64,000 nt of DNA, taken from the NCBI GenBank assembly GCA_043797125.1, contig JAZDPX010000012.1:24376-88375 (forward strand), read 5' to 3'. A model generated the notes under the pieces. It was given only the letters and a program-made list of their open reading frames with translations, searched no databases and was not told the DNA's origin. Source of the DNA: Candidatus Omnitrophota bacterium (lineage in GTDB: Bacteria; Omnitrophota; Gorgyraeia; JABMRG01; JAFGKX01). The stretch's first letter is position 1; each line of letters begins with the position of its first letter. Of the stretch, positions 58,202-64,000 are shown one piece after another. A program made the position numbers and the translations under genes.

Positions 58202-58780
58202 ATGAAAATTCGAGAAAGCGGGATGCCTGAGCGTGAAATGTGGGAGAAATTCTTTAGTCCTGCAAAAATTCTGTCCACGCTCGGCATAAATAGTCAAACA
58301 GGTGACGTTGCTGAGTTCGGGTGCGGCTACGGCACCTTTACGATTCCGGCCGCGAAAGTAATCAAAGGAGAAATATACGCGCTGGATCTTGAGCCTGATA
58401 TGATCCTATTTACTGATGAAGAAGCTAACAAGGGCGGTTTGACCAATGTGAAAACAGTCCTGCGTGATTTTATGGCAGAGGGATCCGGCCTTCCGGATGG
58501 AAGCGTGGATTATGCGATGCTCTTCAATATTCTTCATCTTGAAAAACCAATGATTCTTATTAATGAGGCAAAGCGGATTTTGAGGGAAGGCGGCAAGCTT
58601 GGGATCATTCATTGGAATTACGATCCGAAGACGCCGCGCGGGCCTTCGATGGATATTCGGCCAAAACCGGAAGATTGCACAAAATGGGCGGAAAGCGCCG
58701 GGTTCGGCGGAGCTGTCCAGTATGACTTAAAGCCATATCATTACGGCATCGTTTTAACGAAAGCGGAGGTTATAAGATGA
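58202..58780 (+). CDS. class I SAM-dependent methyltransferase
   Basis: Motif I VAEFGCGYGTF. Acidic residue after beta2 (ALDLEPDM). Methyltransf_11/25-like. Confidence 0.7.
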   Translation: MKIRESGMPEREMWEKFFSPAKILSTLGINSQTGDVAEFGCGYGTFTIPAAKVIKGEIYALDLEPDMILFTDEEANKGGLTNVKTVLRDFMAEGSGLPDGSVDYAMLFNILHLEKPMILINEAKRILREGGKLGIIHWNYDPKTPRGPSMDIRPKPEDCTKWAESAGFGGAVQYDLKPYHYGIVLTKAEVIR

Positions 58781-59097
58781 GGATCGGGGTTATTATTTCA
58801 AGCAATGATGCAGAAACGTCTTGGAACGCGTTTCGGTACGCCAACTTTTGTTTGGGGCAAAAAGACGAGGTGAAGGTGTTTCTAACCGGCAAGGGCGTTG
58901 AATACCAAAAGATAAGTACCGAGAAGTTCAATACGATCGAGCAGGCAGAGAAATTACTTCAGGCCGGAGGCAAGATACTGGCTTGTGGAACATGTATTAA
59001 GTCTCGGAATCAGGAAGGCACGGAAATGTGCCCGATCAACACCATGAAGGATATGTACGAGATCATTAAAGAGAGCGACAAGGTGGTCACCTTTTAG
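58777..59097 (+). CDS. DsrE/DsrF-like family protein
   Basis: About 106 aa with conserved Cys in ILACGTC. Translationally coupled (ATGA) to the methyltransferase. Confidence 0.55.
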   Translation: MRIGVIISSNDAETSWNAFRYANFCLGQKDEVKVFLTGKGVEYQKISTEKFNTIEQAEKLLQAGGKILACGTCIKSRNQEGTEMCPINTMKDMYEIIKESDKVVTF

Positions 59098-59498
59098 CAC
59101 AGCCAAGTTTAGAATCATTAGAGCCCTATGGCTGTGCCGGGTGGCATAGTCATAGGGTTTTCTGTTTACGGGTCCTTGGAAGCCGGTGTCGGGTGAGGGT
59201 CGGGCGAGGCGCGGGTTGTCAGTGATTATGGTCAAAAAAATCGATGACAATGTCAATTCAACGGGTGTCTTGGGCATCTATGGTCAGATTGGCTGGAATG
59301 AGCGTTCCCAGACGGTAAACAAGCGACTTTCGGGGTGTCCTGCAGGCGGTCGGGGTCGTCAAAAAGGGCGTTTTTGAGTGACATGGATGGACATTTGGTG
59401 CGTTGTATAAACGTTATGCGATTGTAACTGTAGGCGGTACTTTTGATGAACGAAAGTACAGCAAGATTTGGGTGAATTTTAATGCTCACTTTAGGCTA

Positions 59499-59565
59499 AT
59501 GTTCACTAAACAGTGAACATTGTTGCGCGAACATCGTGTCAGAAAAAGCATATAGTTTTTCTGAC
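59499..59565 (+). promoter_or_regulatory. candidate operator boxes: palindrome ATGTTCAC-N6-GTGAACAT, a third GAACAT half-site, and perfect IR GTCAGAAAAA-N8-TTTTTCTGAC
   Basis: Perfect 8-bp arms at 59499-59520. Extra half-site at 59530-59535. 10-bp arms at 59538-59565. All lie just upstream of the XRE gene promoter. Confidence 0.45.
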
Positions 59566-59597
59566 AAGGCCAATCCTGTTTTGCTGGCTGTTTTTGA

Positions 59598-59626
59598 TTG
59601 ACTCCCAATGCTTTTCGTGCTATAAG
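59598..59626 (+). promoter_or_regulatory. sigma70-type promoter for the XRE regulator operon
   Basis: TTGACT (59598-59603), 17-nt spacer, TATAAG (59621-59626). RBS AGGAGA and ATG at 59655. Confidence 0.45.
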
Positions 59627-59654
59627 ATGCAATATGCGCAATAGGAGAATAACT

Positions 59655-59891
59655 ATGATAAACACAGGAGCAGGGCATATGGATATCATAAAAAAATTAG
59701 AGCTGTACCGTCTTGAGAACAAGATCACACAGCAGGATTTAGCCAAGGAGCTGGGTGTTGCTTTTTCGACCGTGAGCCGATGGTTTAACGGCAAGACCGT
59801 TCCCAGTAAAATCCAGCAGTATCATGTCGAGAAGTATTTAACCAAGAAGAAAATAACATTTTCGGCTAAGAGCGTAAAAGAGGTCAAGTAA
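59655..59891 (+). CDS. XRE-family HTH transcriptional regulator (controller C-protein-like)
   Basis: HTH_3 motif ITQQDLAKELGVAFSTVSRWFNG. About 78 aa. The ORF-track start 59598 lies upstream of the predicted promoter. Confidence 0.7.
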   Translation: MINTGAGHMDIIKKLELYRLENKITQQDLAKELGVAFSTVSRWFNGKTVPSKIQQYHVEKYLTKKKITFSAKSVKEVK

Positions 59892-59892
59892 G

Positions 59893-61341
59893 ATGAAATA
59901 TAAAATCTTTGTCAGTGGTGCACAGAAGGAGTTGAAGAAAGAACGCCGGGCAGTCAAAGAGTTTATCCGTAAGGATGCGCTTTTATCAGAATATTTCGAT
60001 GTTTTTCTTTTTGAGGATTCTCCCGCCAAGAGTAAATCAGCCGAAGTAGCTTACATCGAAGAAGTCCGCAAAAGCGACATTTACATCGGCATTCTCGGAC
60101 AGCAATATGGCGGCTCCGGAAAAGAAAAGATGTCGCCGACAGAAGCAGAATTCCGCGAAGCCAAGGTGAAACACAAGGAAATATTGATCTATATTAAAGG
60201 TCAAAACACCGCAGATAAGCTCCGTGACGGTGGTATGCAGGAATTTATAACGGAAATTAAAAATCCGAAGGCAGGGTACAGTTATGGAAGATTTGATACT
60301 GCTACCGAATTAACCAATCTGGTTTACGAGAGCCTGATATCCTTTCTTAAAGAAAAAGGTGAGATTGGAAAGGCGGGATTTGATCAACGAATTTGCGAGG
60401 GGGCTAAGCTATCCGACATTGACGAGAATAAGGTTAAATGGTTTTTAAAGACAGCGCGGTCAAAACGTAATTTCCCGCTTGGGTTGGATGCTTCCGTGAC
60501 CGACATTTTTATTCATTTGAAACTACTCAAGGACGGTAAGCTGACTAATGCCGCCATTTTATTATTCGGCAAGAATCCGCGAAAGTTTTTTGATCAGGCA
60601 AAGATCAAGTGTGTGCAATTGCCCAGCACTGAGGTCGTGAAGCCGTTTTCGTCGTATCATATTTATGAGGAAGAAAACCTCTTTGAACAAGTCGATAAGG
60701 CAGTATCGTTTGTTTTGGATGCCATTAAATTTCCTGTCATTCAACAATCGCATACAGTGCAGGTAGCGCGGCCTCGTGAGATACCTGAGTTTGCTATCCA
60801 TGAAGCAATCGTTAATGCTGTAGCGCATCGTGATTACAATACAACGTCATCTGTTCAGGTGATGGTTTTTCTCGATCGCGTTGAGATATGGAATTCCGGA
60901 ACGCTTCCCGGGAATCTCAAAGTGGAGGATCTAAGAAAACCACATTCTTCACATCCGTCAAATCCGACGTTAGCGAGTGTTCTATTTTTTGGAGACTATA
61001 TACAACAGGTGGGATCCGGCACAACGGAAATGATTCGACAGTGTAAAGAACATGGACTTCCGGAGCCGGAGTTCATTTCAGTGCGAAATCTTGAGTTTAA
61101 GACGATACTGGCAAGGGATGTCTTTACGGAAACTAATCTTGCCCAAATGGGGCTTAATGACCGTCAGGTTAAGGCTATCAAGTATATCAAGGAGCATAGG
61201 CAAATTTCGCGTAAAGACTATGTTAGTTTGGTATCTATATCTCCTCGGCAAGCTCTAATTGATCTCACAGAACTGGTAGAGAAGAAAGTCTTAATATTGA
61301 TAGGCAAGGGAAGATCGTCTAAATATACATTGCGCAAATAA
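59893..61341 (+). CDS. DUF4062 - AlbA_2 (Schlafen-like divergent AAA) - HATPase_c_4 - wHTH protein, putative defense/regulatory ATPase
   Basis: N-terminus KIFVSGAQKELKKERRAVKEFI is DUF4062-like. Middle region has the AlbA_2 pattern. C-terminus GSGTTEMIRQCKEHGLPEPEF is the HATPase_c_4 signature, followed by a winged helix. Confidence 0.7.
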   Translation: MKYKIFVSGAQKELKKERRAVKEFIRKDALLSEYFDVFLFEDSPAKSKSAEVAYIEEVRKSDIYIGILGQQYGGSGKEKMSPTEAEFREAKVKHKEILIYIKGQNTADKLRDGGMQEFITEIKNPKAGYSYGRFDTATELTNLVYESLISFLKEKGEIGKAGFDQRICEGAKLSDIDENKVKWFLKTARSKRNFPLGLDASVTDIFIHLKLLKDGKLTNAAILLFGKNPRKFFDQAKIKCVQLPSTEVVKPFSSYHIYEEENLFEQVDKAVSFVLDAIKFPVIQQSHTVQVARPREIPEFAIHEAIVNAVAHRDYNTTSSVQVMVFLDRVEIWNSGTLPGNLKVEDLRKPHSSHPSNPTLASVLFFGDYIQQVGSGTTEMIRQCKEHGLPEPEFISVRNLEFKTILARDVFTETNLAQMGLNDRQVKAIKYIKEHRQISRKDYVSLVSISPRQALIDLTELVEKKVLILIGKGRSSKYTLRK

Positions 61342-61345
61342 TGTT

Positions 61346-61381
61346 CGATTAGTGCGCGATTTGCGCGATTAGTGCGCGATT
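61346..61381. repeat. direct repeats CGATTAGTGCGCGATT x2 (GCGCGATT x3) upstream of radC
   Basis: cgattagtgcgcgatt-tgcg-cgattagtgcgcgatt. Confidence 0.5.
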
Positions 61382-61412
61382 AAATAAGCGAAGAACAGAG
61401 AAGAGAAGAATA

Positions 61413-62114
61413 GTGAAGGAAAGAAAAGCGACAGGTATAAAGACTTGGCCGGAGGATGATAGGCCGCGTGAGAAGTTGCTCAAGAAGGGTGCAGGGGCTT
61501 TGAGTAATTCAGAGCTTCTGGCTATTCTTCTTCGCACCGGCACGCAAGGCACCAGCGCAATTGACCTTGCTCGCAAGGTTTTGAAGAAATTCGGCACGTT
61601 CCGGAACATGGCGCATACGGATTCGCGCGATTGGAAGGATCTCAAGGGTTTAGGCGGGGCTAAGATTGCCCACATTCAGGCCGCGCTTGAAATCGGGCGG
61701 CGCTATCGCGAGGACGATGTGTCCACCGGGAAGCAGAAGATCGCCTCTGCCAAGGATGTTGTAGATATCGTCATGCCTCAGCTCCGCGACCTTAAGACGG
61801 AGGTGTTTAAGGTCGTTTACCTTGATAGTAATAACCGTATTATCGACATCGTGGATACCGCGGTTGGAACCGTTGATCAGGCATTCCCGATTGTCCGTGA
61901 AATAATCCACGCCGCCTTGCAGAAATTCGCGAAATCAATCGTTTGTGCTCACAATCACCCATCTGGCGAGGTTAATCCAAGCCGGGGCGATATCACTTTT
62001 ACGAATGAGCTTTATAACGCTGGGAAACTTATGCAGGTCGATATTTTGGATCACCTCATAGTAGGAAATGACAAATTTTACAGTTTTGCCGATGAAAATA
62101 AACTTGTAAGTTGA
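61413..62114 (+). CDS. radC: RadC-like JAB/MPN domain protein
   Basis: Helix-hairpin-helix [18 protein letters not shown] motif [14 protein letters not shown]. Stop overlaps the hsdM start region. Confidence 0.85.
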   Translation: MKERKATGIKTWPEDDRPREKLLKKGAGALSNSELLAILLRTGTQGTSAIDLARKVLKKFGTFRNMAHTDSRDWKDLKGLGGAKIAHIQAALEIGRRYREDDVSTGKQKIASAKDVVDIVMPQLRDLKTEVFKVVYLDSNNRIIDIVDTAVGTVDQAFPIVREIIHAALQKFAKSIVCAHNHPSGEVNPSRGDITFTNELYNAGKLMQVDILDHLIVGNDKFYSFADENKLVS

Positions 62115-62128
62115 GGGAAGGGAATACT

Positions 62129-63679
62129 ATGGCACAAAATCATATAGCAGAGCTTGAGAAGCGATTGTGGGCGGTGGCTGACGAGTTACGAGCCAATTCT
62201 GATTTAAAGGCATCCGAATATTCAGCGCCAGTATTAGGGCTAATCTTTTTAAGATACGCAGATTATCGTTTCACCAAGCAAGAAAAGATACTCTCCGAGA
62301 AATCTACCAGCCGCAGAAAAATTAGTAAAACAGATTACCAAGCCGCAGGCGTTATGTATTTGCCTGATGAAGCGCGCTTTGCTTTTCTGTTGAACTTGCC
62401 GGAAGGTGCGGATATCGGCAAAGCGATCAATGAAGCTATGAAAGCGGTTGAACGCGAAAACGAAGACCTCAAAGGCATTCTTCCTAAAACGTACAACAGA
62501 TTTGACAACAACCTTTTGGTTGAACTGATTAAATTAATGTCATCAATTAAGGAAGATATCGAAGGTGATGCTTTCGGGAAAATTTATGAGTACTTCTTGG
62601 GTGAGTTTGCCATGACCGAAGGACAGCAAGGCGGGGAGTTTTTTACGCCGACTTCTGTTGTCAAATTGATCGTTTCAATTATCCAGCCGTTTCACGGGAA
62701 AATATTTGATCCGGCATGCGGATCGGGCGGTATGTTTGTCCAGAGTGCTGAGTTCGTAGAGGAGCACAAAAAGAAAGCCGTTGATGAGATTAGTATTTAT
62801 GGGGAGGAAAAAACGCGGGAGACGGTCAATCTCTGCAAAATGAACTTAGCGGTTCACGGATTATCGGGTGATGTTCTGCAGGGGAATTCTTATTATGAAG
62901 ATTTGCACAATATGGCTGGTGCATTCGACTTTGTCATGGCCAATCCTCCATTCAACGTCAATCGCATTGATAAAGATCGGATCAAGAATGACCGCAAGCG
63001 ATTTCCGTTTGGAATGCCATCGGCAGATAATGGCAATTACCTTTGGATTCAACTTTTTTACAGTGCGCTGAATGAAAAGGGGCGGGCAGGGTTCGTTATG
63101 GCCACTTCAGCAAGCGATGCCCGTGGAAGCGAGCAAGAAATCCGAAAGAAGTTAATTGATGATAAGACGGTAGATGTAGTGATAGCAGTTGGGTCGAATT
63201 TCTTTTATACGGTCACTTTGCCGGTGACACTGTGGTTTCTCGATAGGGCTAAAAAGAAAAGCGATCGCAAAGACAAAGTGCTTTTTATCGATGCTCGTAA
63301 AATCTTTAATCAGATAGATAGAGCCCATCGGGAATTCTTACCCGAACAGGTAGAGCTTATCGCAAATATTGTCAGAATGTACCGCGGTGAAAATATCGAA
63401 ATAGAACATGGTAGTGAAAAATTCATGAAGGAAAGCTTCCCGAAGGGAAGGTATCAAGATATTACCGGTCTGTGCAAGGTAGCTACCTTGAAGGATATTG
63501 AAGAATTAGGTCTCAGTTTAAATCCCGGTCGATATGTTGGGATAGTTGAGGATGAACGAGACGGTTTTGATTTTAAGGAAAGATTAGAAGTGCTGAATGA
63601 GGAATTGCAGACACTAAATGTTGAGGCGAAAGAGCTTGAGGGGACAATTTCTGAGAACATAAGCAAGATATTGGGTTAA
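62129..63679 (+). CDS. hsdM: type I restriction-modification system DNA methyltransferase subunit
   Basis: HsdM N-terminal domain ([11 protein letters not shown]), SAM motif DPACGSGGM, catalytic NPPF (VMANPPFN). Start set at ATG 62129 (RBS GAGGGAAGGGAA). Confidence 0.9.
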   Translation: MAQNHIAELEKRLWAVADELRANSDLKASEYSAPVLGLIFLRYADYRFTKQEKILSEKSTSRRKISKTDYQAAGVMYLPDEARFAFLLNLPEGADIGKAINEAMKAVERENEDLKGILPKTYNRFDNNLLVELIKLMSSIKEDIEGDAFGKIYEYFLGEFAMTEGQQGGEFFTPTSVVKLIVSIIQPFHGKIFDPACGSGGMFVQSAEFVEEHKKKAVDEISIYGEEKTRETVNLCKMNLAVHGLSGDVLQGNSYYEDLHNMAGAFDFVMANPPFNVNRIDKDRIKNDRKRFPFGMPSADNGNYLWIQLFYSALNEKGRAGFVMATSASDARGSEQEIRKKLIDDKTVDVVIAVGSNFFYTVTLPVTLWFLDRAKKKSDRKDKVLFIDARKIFNQIDRAHREFLPEQVELIANIVRMYRGENIEIEHGSEKFMKESFPKGRYQDITGLCKVATLKDIEELGLSLNPGRYVGIVEDERDGFDFKERLEVLNEELQTLNVEAKELEGTISENISKILG

Positions 63680-63681
63680 AC

Positions 63682-64000
63682 ATGATGCAGTACAAAACTA
63701 TTGATGACATAGCATTTATCAATCCCGACTCGATCAAGCGGGGGTATCCTCATAATGATATCGAATATATCGATATTGCTTCTGTTGGTTCCGGGAATTT
63801 GATGAAAACCACATCAATCACTTTATCTGAGGCATCGAGCAGGGCTAAACGTTTGGTAAAAAATGGCGACACTATTTTGTCTACAGTGCGGCCGAATCGA
63901 CGGTCTTTTTTATATGTTAAAAAGCCAAAGGATAATATTGTCGTATCAACTGGCTTCGTGGTGTTGAGAGCTAAGAATGGGACGGACCCGAGGTATTTGT
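63682..64000 (+). CDS. hsdS: type I restriction-modification specificity subunit HsdS (3' partial)
   Basis: ATG follows directly after the hsdM stop. The frame is open to the window edge. Target-recognition-domain-like N-terminus; TVRPNRRSFLYV...STGFVVLRAK is typical of HsdS. Confidence 0.7.
   Translation, partial: MMQYKTIDDIAFINPDSIKRGYPHNDIEYIDIASVGSGNLMKTTSITLSEASSRAKRLVKNGDTILSTVRPNRRSFLYVKKPKDNIVVSTGFVVLRAKNGTDPRYL

Noticed and set aside
59186-59489. Short ORFs 59186-59377 (+) and 59253-59489 (-) in the GC-rich gap.
   Set aside because: They have no RBS and their Arg/Gly-rich translations are typical of GC-rich non-coding sequence. They overlap each other on opposite strands.

Overview
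This is a 64 kb chromosomal window from a low-GC (about 40%) diderm bacterium. Diderm status is inferred from the LptF/LptG permeases. Genes are dense, and most lie on the + strand.

In order along the window:
- A PAS sensor histidine kinase (5' partial) followed by two single-domain receiver proteins.
- A type IV pilus / type IV filament assembly cluster: pilB, pilC, a major pilin, three minor (pseudo)pilins, PilX-like, a PilM-PilN fusion, PilO and PilP-like. One minor pilin carries a C-terminal lamin-tail domain. No PilQ secretin or PilD peptidase is present in the cluster.
- A convergent polytopic membrane protein with C-terminal TPR repeats.
- A tRNA-Lys / tRNA-Leu / tRNA-Gly cluster behind a consensus sigma70 promoter.
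- A regulatory PTS(Ntr) module: ptsN, a membrane-anchored yvcK, ptsH, ptsI.
- A nucleotidyltransferase, metK, ahcY, two PilT-type retraction ATPases and pfkA.
- lptF and lptG, a ComF-like protein, fba, a DUF3108 protein, mnmA and a PP-loop paralog.
- A biotin operon (bioB, bioF, an esterase-BioC fusion, bioD, bioA) heavily colonised by structured repeat elements.
- rpe, rpiB, rlmN, an HI0933 flavoprotein, a permease, apbE, feoAB, pstSCA plus two tandem pstB genes, phoU, a DUF502 protein, cstA, a PiT transporter with its DUF47 partner, a hemerythrin, and two membrane hypotheticals.
- From about 58 kb, a higher-GC island: a SAM methyltransferase, a DsrE-like protein, a C-protein-like XRE regulator with palindromic boxes, a DUF4062-AlbA_2-HATPase_c_4-wHTH protein, radC, hsdM and a partial hsdS.

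The most notable observations are:
- bioA is bracketed by inverted repeats of about 300 bp whose internal hairpins show compensatory changes.
- A MITE-like structured element family and a GGCTTAAGCC hairpin family recur around the biotin operon; a MITE-like copy supplies the C-terminal residues and stop codon of bioD, and a GGCTTAAGCC hairpin also lies upstream of feoA.
- A roughly 25-35 nt repeat is inserted in-frame into two unrelated coding sequences, in the manner of Rickettsia palindromic elements.
- A pseudopilin is fused to a lamin-tail domain.
- The tandem PstB pair has complementary degeneracy, predicting one consensus and one degenerate ATP site.
- A candidate defense island links an uncharacterised DUF4062/Schlafen-like ATPase and RadC to a type I restriction-modification system under a C-protein-like regulator.

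No CRISPR array, rRNA or transposase was detected.
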